A stretch of 64,000 nt of DNA from Zygnema circumcarinatum SAG 698-1b (lineage: Eukaryota; Plantae; Zygnematophyceae): assembly GCA_037447605.1 (NCBI GenBank), contig CM074806.1, positions 1 through 64,000 on the forward strand. Direction: 5' to 3'. This document shows, piece after piece, positions 37,070 through 49,429 of this stretch; within the stretch, counting starts at the first letter, position 1, and every line of letters starts with the position of its first letter. Both the position numbers and the translations under genes were made by a program. The notes beneath the pieces were generated by a model, which saw only the letters and a program-made list of their open reading frames with translations, had not been told where the DNA came from and did no database searches.

Positions 37070-38481
37070 GATAGGGAGGGTGGAGGGCTCAGACGATGAA
37101 ATGAAAAAGTGATCTGCGATTTGCTTTGACATGCCGGTGAACCTGGCGGGGCTGCAGCGGAGGGGGGAGCTGGCATTGTTGCACAGGCGGAACTGTAAAG
37201 TGGAAGACAGAGAAGAGGCGGACCCAGCTTCCTTTTCCCTTGCTGAGACGTGTATAAACTCCACGTTTGTAGTCAGGCCCCTAGGTTGAAACTGGCACGG
37301 AATCTTTTGCATTCAATTAGTTGGCTGCTGTGTAAAGAGTAGAATAGATTTTTCACGCATGGAACTATGTCATCAGGTCATCATTTGTTTGACAGGTCTG
37401 TCGTAGATGAGTTCAATAATAAGGAACGACGAGTCAGCCAAGTCTCCGATATTTTGTTGGGGAACGGCCCCATTAGACTCGGGATGGTGATAGAGGGTTA
37501 GTGTAGGCGGCGCAGGAAGAGGGCATTTGGCTTTAGACACGCATCGTCCCTCTTCCAGCCCTTTTTTTGTCGTCGGAAACTTTTTGGCTCGTCGTGTCCA
37601 CATTCTTTTCGAACGGGCGGCCTCGTCTCTGCGCCCTGCATAGCGGGCTGCGTGCGGAGCACCGCATGGAGACGAGGCCTCCGCCCTAGAGGTGCTGGCG
37701 GTGGTGGTGATAGGTGAACGCAGGCATTCTGCCGGTAGAGATGATCCCAAAGAAATTCACGTCGATGAAAGGGAAATGTTCGCCCTGCCTGCCTGCCTGC
37801 CTGCCTTCGGTTCTTTCTTTCTTTCGGACGCTTGCCTTGTTGTTTTGCTCTGCTTGTTTGAGCATAGAGCCGCATGCGTGTGGTGGTCATCGAGGTAACT
37901 GAGTTTAAGAAAGAAACGGGCTGGCTGTCTTCGGTTGCTGGAGGGAACCCGACGGGGATGTCATGCCTCGCTATCTTGTAGTGACCGAGGCGAGGCGAGG
38001 CGCGGCGGGGCTCGAGACTGACTGACTGACTGACTGAGTCGAGAGGCGGTTCGAGGCCTTCGCCTGCCTGCGACCGTACGGACGCACGTACGTACGAGCA
38101 CAGTAGTAAGCGATGGCTGGCTGGCTTGCTGCCTTGCCGCCCCAGTCTGTCGGTCGGTTGGTCGGTCGATCGGTCGGCTAGAGCGAGTCAACGGGCGACT
38201 GGTCAACGGGCGGGCGGGAGGGCGCGATCTGTTGGCTGGTTAGTTAGCTGGTTGGTTGGCTGGCTGGCTGGCTGGTTGGTTGCGGAGACACCGTACACGG
38301 GAGGCGAACTAGAGAGGCGGACGGGCGTTCGTATTCGTTGGTTCGCGCCCGCACGCTCGCTCGATCAGGCAGGTCGAGCAGGCAGGTCGAGCAGGCAGGC
38401 CGCCAGGGAGAGAAAGAGAGAGAGAGAGACAAACAGACAGGCCGACAGGTAGACAGACGCGCTGCCACGGCAGGCACCGCC

Positions 38482-41400
38482 ATGGATGCCCTCGCGCTGC
38501 TGGAGGACCTGGACAGGCTGCTGCGCTGCGACCCTCTCCTGTACTACTTACTGCCTCGTCCCTCACATCTGCTCTGCTGCTCACCCCGTGCTCATGCACA
38601 ACCCCTGAGAACGAAGATCCTCCACAACATAGAAGGAAACGATGCTTCCAGCCACTCTTTGAGCATCACAAGCAATTATTTTCAAATTTCGTAAAGAAAG
38701 CTGATAGGCAAGTCCAAGTCGACGTTCCGGTATAATCGTCATCTTTGGTGGTTTGAACCTGCCTTGCGATTTCTTTTGTGATGTCGATGCAGAAATGAAT
38801 TAGGATTGGTACCAAGGCCTCTCTTTGAAACGTTGGGAACAGAGTTTGCAGACGCGAATGCAGCCAGGTCAAATTCTAGTCTTCAGGAGAACATCGAGCT
38901 CAGGTCGAGAGCTGAAGCACTTGGGCACGACCAGGAGGAAAGCGTAGTTCATGTTCCGGAGTATGACAGGAACTTTTTTTGGTATGGAGAACATAGGCTC
39001 GCTGTTGCTTTGGACTGTGTGGGGCCCCTCTTCCACGCAGCTTCGACACGTTTCAATGACGTCCAAGCACTTCGCAAGCAGAGACAGGCAGGCGAATCAA
39101 GTTACTGCAGGGATAACGAAAACGATATTGACAACTGTAGCAGACATCCCGGAGATGGTGGACAGTTTGATGGCAGTGATACGTCTGTCCAGTCACTTCG
39201 AGTGGGAAAAAGTTTGTGGAATAATGAAAATGAACTTCCTGGGAGTTCGGCGGATAACTTAACCCTTCGCGAAGCAAATGCAATGCTGATGAAATGGACG
39301 AGGGCTCTGGTACTCTTCAACGGAGATCACTTAACTGCATGGAACGCACGGTATGCAAAACCATGCTTCATACGTTTTAACAGATAGTAAAGTCCGTTTT
39401 TTTAAAGATAGTCGGTTATAGTACTGCAAATCATTTAATCAATGCTCAAGATCAATCAACCTTACGTTTTGCGTGACTTTGAAACGTTTATCAAGTGTAT
39501 GTTGTTCCGCATCATAAATTTGAAATCCAAGCCTAATTTCCTTTGGCAGAGATTCAACATCCAATGCTACTTGCGTGCATGCACCCCGTCGATTGTTGAG
39601 ACATAGACGATGGTTAGAAGCAAGAAATTTGATCTTCCCCTGGCAGTCGGTCGAATTCAGGAATTGGGGTGCGCTGTCGATGGTGGAACTTGCATGCGCT
39701 TGAGGGGGCAGAGCAGAAAAAGAGCTTTATGCCAGATGGACCTTTCCTCTTCATCCAAGGAGCTGAAGGAGGAGCTGCAGCTCTCGCAACTTGTCTTGTC
39801 ACATAACCCGAAATGTGCAGAAACGTGGGCACACAGGTGTGTGTAGAAGTCATGTCAGGCCTCGATAATTTGAAATGAACTAAAAACGGATTCCCGTTTC
39901 ATAAACATCACGGACTAGTTGAACGCTACAATGGTCATGTGATTACCAATCCTTTCATGCTCATGCTTTGCTTATGCTGTTTCCAAATTTTCGTTTACCG
40001 TACGAAGGAAGGATAAAAGGTAACGTGTCACAGCACCTTTTCTCGTACAGGCAGCGTAAGGCAGACAAGGAAGCATGGGAGGCATATGACAGAAACTGGA
40101 TTTCACAAAGGCTACCTTGATGATATTCAATCGCTTTCATGACCATGATTACTTTGGTGCTATGTTTCTGCAGAAGATGGACGTTGAAGCAAACAGCAAT
40201 AATCCATGGCTGGAGCTCACAAGCGCTGGAGTGCCACCTGGCGATGGAGTCGCTTCTTGTGCAACAATTTGCAGAGGTGAGAATCTATCTTGCTGGAACT
40301 TGAATGGGAGTCTTACCTTCTGATACGGAGCTGGGAGCTGTTTCATGCCCATTGTTTCTACAAGGCTTATCAGAGATGGGACAGATTCTGGGTGCAGAGA
40401 ACCCCGATGAACTACCGAGCATGGAGCCATCGCTGTTGGGTCGCCGGTCGGATGATGCTTCAACAGGTGCTCTGCATTTTGATCCCATAGCAATTCACGG
40501 CAGGCACGCAAAACTGTCTTGCAGGCCTATGGTTGCAGTGTGTATGCTCGATGTTGTCCATGGAATATGAATTGAACGATTGCTACTTTCAAGTGACCCA
40601 TTTCTCACTCAGACGAGAATCTCCTATGTCTCGTTCTTTCCGATTTTTTCCTCTCTCGCCGGTGTATTACTTTTCCAACACTGCCCTGACATGTAAGTTT
40701 GGGCGAGGTAGGCAGGTCCGCGGGGAGCTTGAGGCAAGCAAGCGGTGGGTGCGGCAGTATGCGGAGGACAACTGTGGTCTCCATTATCGGCGGGTGCGGG
40801 ACTCTCCTTCATCCAAGCCACGCCTTATGAGCATATTCAGTTATTTCGAAATCTTCAAATTGACTCAATAGCTTTGAAAGTTTGGATTGAGTTGAACATT
40901 TGAACTTTCTTTTTTGCCGCGGAAGTGTTCATTCTGTCCAGTCACACGCGCGGATTCCAATTTATTACGGCTCAGAATCGGGATAATGGATCTTGTTCCT
41001 CTGCTGGCTAAACAACAAGAAAAAAAAAGCGACATCAAGTCCGAAAGGAAAAGAAAATATTTCAACATATTTCAAGTTCAATCTTGTATTGAGATTCAGA
41101 ATTGAGATATTCCAAATGTTTATTTTTTATAGTTCGTCAGGCTCAGTTGACGGTAAGGTGTTAGTGCTAACTTCCGTACGGATGTGCCGTCTCCCATTTC
41201 CAGCCGCCTTCTTGCCTTCGATTTAGTCCGAAACTTGCAGTGTAGTTCGTGACATAGGGCGTTGGAGGGATGGGGGTATTGCGCAGTTTCTGCTCCATCG
41301 CCTGCTTGAAGGTGCGCGCGCGGAGGGATTCCCAGAAGAAGAGAGACGCGGAGACGGGCGGGAGCACACGTGGCGCCCATCTCAAGCAGACGCAACAAAG

Positions 41401-42644
41401 CTCTGGGAAGTGAGTGCAAACCTGAGTCTTGAGCATTGGGTGGCCTGCCGGGTTGCAGGACACGGTGTTTCGAAATCTGTTTTTGGTGTAGGAGTATTGG
41501 CTTGGCTTTTGTTACTTTTCCTCTGAACGTTTTTTGCGCTGGTAGCCATGGTCGGCATCCTGAGGAGTCTTTTGGGCTAGGGACTCCTTTTACTTCGGGC
41601 ACCAGATTCGTCTTTCAGGCTGCATGTGTGGGTTTGATCCTGATGAATGCAGGAGTTGGGATAGTATAGGCAGAATTCTTTCTTTCCTGCTGGAGGTAGG
41701 AAAGGTTTTACCTCCTGGAACTGCTCTGCCTTTCGATGGACTTCTACTGCATGGAGAATTGCATAGACAAGATTTATTTTGCGGGTGTGAGCTGTGCAGA
41801 ATGAGGCGGAGTGGGTCGAGGAGCTTCTAAGGTTATATCCTGGTCGAGAGGTGTGGAACATCCTTAAAAATGCACTTCGTACGGATGCTGGAGCTTTGAG
41901 AGTTCTGCACGTTGTGTACTCCTGTTTTTATTACGGCTTGTCCATGGAGTCCTTTGGCGCAGGGCACAGACGTGCATACCAGGCAGTGTGTGCGCCTGCG
42001 TTTTTGCTTCACTTCAATCTTGCTTTCTTGATGTTGTGTGTCCAGGCTCTTTGGATTCATCGCCGATTTGTCTTCAGTCATTTGTGCATCCGTTTGGTAT
42101 TACCAGGAGGGCTGTCCGCAGATCAGACTTCTCGGGGGTGTGTAGATTTCCGCAAAGAGATTATACTGGCTGAGGGCTTTGCCAAAGAGAGGGACAGCAA
42201 AAGCAGCAGGGAAGCCATGCAGCAAAAAGGCCTGGCCTCGGCATACCATGCATGGCTTCTTTGGACGGTAAGCCTTCCGTCTTTTTCATTGGACAAAACG
42301 TTAGGATGCGTGGTGCGCACTTCTGACCTCACACGTGAACGTGTCCGCAGAAGCAGTCGAGTGCAACAAATGATGTTTTACTTTAGAGAGCTCGGCATGA
42401 CTGCAGTCATGGACGAAGTGGTCGGTTTCTCGCGTTGCCGACTGCGCAGATGAACACGACCGCGGAGGGGGGCCAGGACTGGGCGCGGCAGTGGCGTGAC
42501 GTGACCCGCCAGTGCGAGGCGCTCATGCCGTCGCGGGAGCGCCTCTGGACAGCGCTCGCGCTCGCGCTCTCGAGGGGCGGCGGGGCGAGCCCTCCTGCCC
42601 TGCCCGCTGCCGGGCTGCTCTGCAAGCCTTGCCATTCTGCCTAA
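38482..42644 (+). CDS. PTAR1: Protein prenyltransferase alpha-subunit repeat protein (PTAR1-like)
   Basis: N-terminus MDALALLEDLDRLLRCDPLL, then FFWYGEHRLAV. PFTA repeats DHLTAWNAR, NPKCAETWAHR, MNYRAWSHRCW, EDNCGLHYRR and YPGRE..LWIHRR. Last exon 42449-42644. Confidence 0.88.
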
Positions 42645-43045
42645 TGTTGACATTGACATTGACATTGACATTGATGTTGATGTTGATTTTGATGTGGATA
42701 TGGATGTGGATGTGGATGTGGATGTGGATGTGGATGTGGATGTGGATGTGGATGTGGATGTGGATGTGGATGTGGATGTGGATGTGGATGTGGATGTGGA
42801 TGTGGATGTGGATGTGGATGTGGATGTGGATGTGGATGTGGATGTGGATGTGGATGTGGATGTGGATGTGGATGTGGATGTGGATGTGGATGTGGATGTG
42901 GATGTGGATGTGGATGTGGATGTGGATGTGGATGTGGATGTGGATGTGGATGTGGATGTGGATGTGGATGTGGATGTGGATGTGGATGTGGATGTGGATG
43001 TTGATGTTGATGTTGATGTGGATGTTGATGTTGATGTTGACGTCG
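42645..43045. repeat. (GATGTG)n hexamer array with GACATT/GATGTT flanking variants
   Basis: About 50 perfect GATGTG units starting immediately after the PTAR1 stop codon. Confidence 0.97.
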
Positions 43046-43568
43046 TTGTTGACGTCCAACTTTGACATTAACATGGAATGGTTGGCACCTGTTCACATCC
43101 GCAACAGATGACATCTGACAGCTCGCGTACACAAGTCCGAGATCAGAGGGCGCTGAGGGGACACCCCAACACGCAGGGCGTTGCCCACAGCACGGATTCA
43201 CACTGCATGCAAGAGCAAATCAGGGTGGTCGAGCCGCGAGTACCAGAGCGAGCGGCCCACGACTGAATCCCTCCCTCCCTCCCGCCCACTGAACTTCCCC
43301 GCCAGCAGCCTCGCTGAACTGCCCCTCACGGCGGCCGACCCCTCACCCATGTCCGCAGAAGCCGCCCCCCCCCCCCCCGGTCAGTCATGGCTGCGGGCAG
43401 GAGCGAGCTCTCACGAGGCTCCAGCCCCTCCCTCCGCCCTCGCCGCCCGCCGCTTCCACGTGTCCCGGTCGCCCCCGTTCCCGTCCATGGCGCCGCCGTG
43501 CCGCCCTCGCTCGTCCGTACATCGTACGGCGCCACGAGGGTCGGTGGCCCAAAACCTCCCCCGCCGAC

Positions 43569-44891
43569 TAGGGATGGCCCGCGTTATAAATTCCGAATAT
43601 ATTATATAATTTACAACGGGTTTAAAATTAGTAATATATTACAAACTAAAACACTTTATTACATATATCATACCCACTCGTTTTGAACAATTAACGACCG
43701 TACTCGTACGGTCGTACGGTCGTACCATACCAAAATTAGGTCGTTTTGGCGTTGGCGTTGCGAAATGCGTCCGTCTGGTTCACTCTGTCTGCTCGTGCTC
43801 GGGCCGCATAATACCGTACAGGCGTACCACCGTGCGACCGTACATGTTGTAAAGGCGTTGTAAATTAATATATATCAGCCGTTATCTAGTCGTCACAGTT
43901 GTATAATATAATATATAATATATGGGTAGTGATATTTCCACCCCTTTTTTGGATCCAAACACCCCTTCCCGGCCGGGCAGATTTCAAAAAGGATTAAAAA
44001 CGGAAAATGCTTTTTCACACCTTTTTGGAATCGATACCCACCCTCCATCGGCAGATTTTATTTTTGCGAAACAAGGAAATGATAACCCGTCACCCCATTT
44101 TGAATATCCCACCTACCTGATTTTTTTTCACGCCTGCGGTCAATCGCAGCCGTCGATTCCCTCGCAGATCGCAACACGGCAGATCATTATTTGATCTGCA
44201 GCCGGGCTCGGTCACAGTGAATGGCTCGTGCCCACGTATCCCGCCAAAGTCCTCTCAAAAATATTTGCGTACAAATTTCGTACGGTCGCAACTTGAGAAA
44301 CCCAAAATTTCGTACATTGAGACCAATCAAAAATTTCCACGTCAAAAATGTAACACGTGGCAAATGTTGATTGGCTGATAGCTGACAATGAACGAGATCT
44401 CGGGCCGAGGGACGCGCGCACTCGCACGTGCGATCTGGCTTTGACGGGACTCGTGGGCGCTTTCCATTCGCTGAGATCGAGCCCGGCTGCAAACCGAACG
44501 GTGATCTGCAGTGGTGCGATCTGCGAGGGAATCGACAGCTGCGATTGACATACACGTGTGAAGGACGGACACCCGCGAACGATCTCTTGGCGGACGGATC
44601 TTCCGCTCCGAGCGGATTCGGGCAGGCAGATATTTCTTTTCCTCAAAAAAAAATTCAGGGAGGCGGGATACAGTATTCAAAATGCGGTGACGGAGTATCA
44701 TTTGCCTTGGTTAGCAAAAATAAAATCAGCCGACGGAAGAAGGTGGGTATCGATTCCAAAAAGGTGTGAAAAAAGCATTTTCCGTTTTTAATCCCTTTTG
44801 AAATCTGCCCGGCCGGGAAGGGGTGTTTGGATCCAAAAAAGGGGTGGAAATATCACTACCCTAATATATAGTCGTAACTAATCCATCCCTA
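43569..44891. mobile_element. Non-autonomous hAT element
   Basis: TIRs TAGGGATGG (43569-43577) and CCATCCCTA (44883-44891), resembling the Ac/Ds TAGGGATGAAA end. Perfect 8-bp TSD CCGCCGAC at 43561-43568 and 44892-44899. Subterminal CGTACGG/ACCGTAC repeats. Confidence 0.88.
43924..44861. mobile_element. Foldback/long-TIR element nested in the hAT element
   Basis: A TIR of over 200 bp starts gggtagtgatatttccacccc..ggatccaaacaccccttcccggccgggcagatttc. Further inverted blocks continue inward (44131-44250 vs 44430-44550). TAATAT flanks both ends directly. Confidence 0.88.
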
Positions 44892-45107
44892 CCGCCGACA
44901 CGGCACAGAGAGTGGCGGTCAACGGTCAACGGTCAACGCCCCCGCGCGCCTCTCCCTTCTCCCTAACCCTAGTCGCTGTGGGCGGGCGGGCGGGCGGGCG
45001 GGCGGGCGGGCGGGCACATCGGGGAGGGAGGGAGGCGATGGCGGCAGCGGGCGGAGGCACGGGCGGAGGGTGCCCGGGGAGGAGGGCCTGAGGAGTGAGG
45101 AGGGGAC

Positions 45108-48100
45108 ATGGCCGCGTCCATGGACGGGCTGCGGGGGGAGGAGGTGGAGGCGCGCCTGCACGTCAAGGACCTGCGCGACCACGCCCGCCAGGACCCCTTT
45201 GCGGACAGTCCGCGGAGCGCCCGCATTGGACGGACGCGCAAGCACAAGCCATGGCCGCTGCGCATCAGCAGAACTTTCTCCTCTGTTAGCTGGATATGGG
45301 GCGGCTCCGCCTACTCCGGCGTCGCTTGCATGGCGCTCTCATCCATGTCGTACAGCTTCATGGGACTTCTGGTGAAGCTATTAGCAGGTATACGGCATAC
45401 GCGTTCATTTTATGCATGTGATGTGCAGTTGAATTCCTTTCTCCCAAGAGGAAGTGCCCCGCAGTCTCAAAATTGAGGGCCAAGTGAACCAGTCAGAGTG
45501 GCGCGCACGCAGTGCAGGGTGTGCCGGCGCTGGAGGCGGTCATGGTTCGCTGCGTGATCGTGAGCGCGCTCTCCGGCTGGGAGCTCCGCAGGGCGGGCCA
45601 CCCGCTCCTCGGGTCGCCGCGCGTGCGCCGCCTCGTGCTGGCGCGGGCTCTCGTGGGCTTTGTGGCGCTCTCCGCGTACTTCTACAGGCGAGCTGCCTGC
45701 CCCTGCTACCCGCCCCGGCCCGTTTTCCGCTTCTCTAGCCAGCGACACGTGTTAAAGCTCTTCTGAGAAGACTGCCCGGTCAGTTCAATATGAAAGACGG
45801 AATTTCGAACGTTGCCCTCAATGCTCTATCGGGGTCCTTTGGATGCATCGCATCCGTTAACGGGAGAAGTGATGCGCGTGGCCGGAGATGCAGCATTGAG
45901 GCTCTGCCATTGCGCGACGCGACAGTTCTCAATTTCACAATGCCTGTCTTTACAGCGCTGCTGGCGGCGGGGCTCCTGGGAGAGCGCTGGGGGCCGGGGG
46001 AAATGGCAGGTACAGTGCTTATGCTGAACATCCCCTCGTTGGTTTGCTGGAGCAGCCGCGTAAGGATACAAGATGGTATCGTTCAGCAATTAGTAGGCCT
46101 TCATCCAGGTGCAATCTTTTGGAAAGGAACGGAAAGGAAATTGGTCGTGCTAGAGTACCGTCGATGTGTGGAAGTCAAACTGAGACACGGCTTAGTTGCG
46201 ACTTTACATGGCAGAGTATTCTGGGTGAACGTGAAGGATTGTCAAAATTTTACTTTCCATTGTCCCCATCCCTCATCTTGCTTTTCAAAAGGGAACAAAA
46301 TTTTCTGTATCATTCACGGTGTGCTCTGAAGGTGTGCTTCTCCTCCGAGCAGATGTCTATTCGTTACTCAAGCAGCGGCGTTCACTTTTTTTAATTTTCT
46401 CTTGTTGTTTTTCTTTACTGTGGTTTATGGGTGTTGTGGCGCGGAGGTTGCAGGCAGCATGTGCAGCTTTGCAGGTGTCCTCTTGGTGACGCAGCCCGAC
46501 CTTCTCTTTCCCGGTCCGTCCCCTCTGCCCCCCCCGCTCCGGGTCACTCCACAGTCCCCTCGGTCCGCTCTCAACTTGTTGTCGCATTTGATCTACTAGC
46601 AATGTGAACAATCTGCATTCAGGAGTAGCAAAAATGTGCTTGTTCACTTTTTGGACTCCCTCTGCCGCTAAGGGTAGTTTTCCAACTGAGATGTATAAAA
46701 CAGCTTTCATGCTTACCGATTAGTCACACGAGTTTTTTCCTCAGGCTGTAGTCGCTTCATTTTTTCGAGGGCTCTCTCTGCCCTCTCTGTGCTTCACAAT
46801 GCTCTCATCTTGAAGTCAAGGGTCCAACCCGTGGCGGCTCTGCTATGGGGGCAGAGCAGGGTGAGGGCGGCCGCCCCCCCGGCGGGCGCGACCCCCTCGG
46901 AACGTTCATGGCTCTCGTGGGCGCCTCCGCGGGGGCTCTCTCGTACATCCTCGTGCGGGCCGTCGGCAAGCAGGGCGAGCCGCCCATGTGCGTGCCCGGA
47001 AACTGCTCGTCTTCCGGCTGTTCTTTGTGCCTTTTTCTGCAATGCCAGGGACGGGGGATGGCAGTGATGAGGGAACGGTGGTCTGCAGGGTCTGCGTGTT
47101 CGCCTTCGCTGTTCTCTCTGCACCGCTCGCAGGCCTTGGAGCTTGTTTTCAGGTCAGTAGCTTTTATCGCCTGCCAGCACGACTACTGACTTGAAAGCTG
47201 TTTTGGGAGGGCCAGTTTGCGCAACATGTGGTAGAGCGTGAAATCCCCCAATTGAAATCCGAGCCAGTTTAGGGATGCACAGATGCGGAAAACAGCCCGA
47301 CTGAAGAGAAAGACATTTTTCTTCCTTACCAGCCAACATTTTCAAAAGTAGGCGAAATTTTCCGTCATGTCAGTCCAGTCTCTCCCATTGGCGTGTACCG
47401 CGTTGCACTTGACCGGGGGGGGGGCACATTTCAAGAGGAGTCGCAGGTGGCTCCCTTCCTTCTCTTTCTCAAAGCCACAGCATGACCGACGCTGGAGGAA
47501 CGCCTCTGAGCTTAGCAAAGTTCCTCTCTTTGACACCCAAATGAGCAGGAACAAGTCTGGTAATTGGCTGGAGTAGTCATTGCAGACACTAACTTTAGCT
47601 GTCTTGAAATCACTCTAGCAAGGTCTCACCTATGCGTCTACGTGCAGACGTTCAAGCTGCCAAATGCCATTGAAACGTTGGGCCTTCTTGGCGTTGGACT
47701 CACGGCTTTTCTTGCACAGGTGGGATCCCCACGCGAAGTGTTCACAAGGCTGAAAATCATTTTCTTTTATCGCCCGCCTATGCGGCGACAAACATTACAC
47801 AATTGAGAGCCCCGAGTGCTTCCCTTCACTTTCTGCAATGCGTGGTTTTGTCTCTTTTGCAAACGTCGTGGCCAGCTATCGGTAGTATGGACCCTCTAGA
47901 GATAGACATGTTGTAGAAGTTAAGTACGTGACTTGTTTTTTGAGTGGAGCTCCCTCTTGAGAGCTTGTTCCCAGTGCAAGCAGGGGTTGAGACACACCGA
48001 AACCATGCCAAGGCAGTGAGATTTTACACCTCTGGAGGCTTCTGCAGGTGTTCTTGACGCGAGGCCTCCAACTGGAGAAGGCGGGCCGAGCAACGTCTAT

Positions 48101-48462
48101 GCAATACGTCAAGGTGCCTGCTTGGTTGTGGGCTGTTCTTTCAAATTCTGGGCTGTGTTGTATGAGGAGTTTTTCGCTGCTGTCGTTTCCATGCTATCCT
48201 GATAAGCCTGTCGCCATAGCTCCATGAGCGATGGAGACCCGGACCATCGCATTCCCAGTGTGCGCCTGCCTGCTACTGCGCGAGGCAGCCTTGCAAAGGA
48301 AGGCGTTTCATGAGTTGGTCCGCGCCGTCTCGTCCCCAGGTGGTGGCCACGTACGCGCTGGGCGTGGCGTTCCTCCGCGAGGCGCCCACGGCCGTCGGAG
48401 CGGTCGGCGCGCTGCTCATTGCAGCGAGCGCGGCCTTCCTCGCCTGCAGCGGCGCCTCCTGA
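45108..48462 (+). CDS. EamA/DMT-superfamily integral membrane transporter (two EamA repeats)
   Basis: TM-rich exons: GVACMALSSMSYSFMGLLVKLLA, EAVMVRCVIV..RALVGFVALSAYFY, LPLRDATVLNFTMPVFTALLAAGLLGERW, FAGVLLVTQP, ALSYILVRAVGK, GLTAFLAQ/VFLTRGLQLEKAGRATSMQY, and LGVAFLREAP..GALLI..S*. Confidence 0.9.
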
Positions 48463-49429
48463 AGGACCCGTCTACAAAGAGGCTGCCAACGCTTTGGTTT
48501 TGGTTTCTTTTTGTCGAAGGGCTTTACGCATGCTTCTTGGGCCCTTCAATTTGTAACTCTGATTTTGCCACAGTACATACATCCACTGAGCCACTCTTCG
48601 TTCTGGCTTCGACCTACAGAAAGGGAGTCCCCTGGATCACATGTTCCTCTCATGATTTCCGCGTTTATGGTGAGTGTTGACCGTCACCCATCAAACATAC
48701 GAGACCGGGGAGGTGGACAGCCAGCCGCCAGGCCGCCTCGGCCCCACACCGACAAGCCAAGACGGACGGACGGACGGACGGAAGAACGGACAGACGGACG
48801 GGGTCGCGGAAGTCCCGAGAGCGTCCGCGCTCCGAAGGTCGCACGGTGCGCAGTGCAGTGCAGTGCAACGCAGAGCAGTTCCGTTCACGCACGCGGGAGG
48901 GCACGCGGGAGGCAAGGGAAGGGCGAGTAAGCAACGAGGAGTCGGAGAGTTGGCCAGAATGCCCACGATGCAAGCACTGCCAGGGTCTGGTTCTCCATCT
49001 TGGGACAGTGCAGCGGCCCCTACTCTGTGTTTTTATCGAACGCACCTGAGCCCTCATCCTCGCTCACAACTCACACTCAAGTGCGCCCTTCGTCTACCTC
49101 TCTCATACAAACATTGTAACCCGCCCTTTGTCTCTCATCCGTCTTTCTACTTTCGTCTCGCCCTTCCTACTCCTAGACAGGACGCTTGCTCGCTATATTT
49201 CAGCACCTAGCTCCGCAGGCACATGCAATGGTGGGCGACCCTGTTGCGATCTCCGGCCGTGTTCCGATCCTCGCCCGATCCCATTCCCCGCCTCCCTTAC
49301 CTCCAACCCCACCCAGTATACATGACAAACCCAACAACTAACATAAGCAACACAATATACTTTTTATGTAGAAAAATGCAGAAGCAGTCCATAAATAAAA
49401 AAAGTCAAGCAAAACCATGAATCTGCAGC

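Noticed and set aside
42512-43201. Poly-MW, poly-DV, poly-HP and poly-HI ORFs
   Set aside because: Artefacts of the stop-free (GATGTG)n array. The PTAR1 frame is closed by TAA followed one codon later by TGA.
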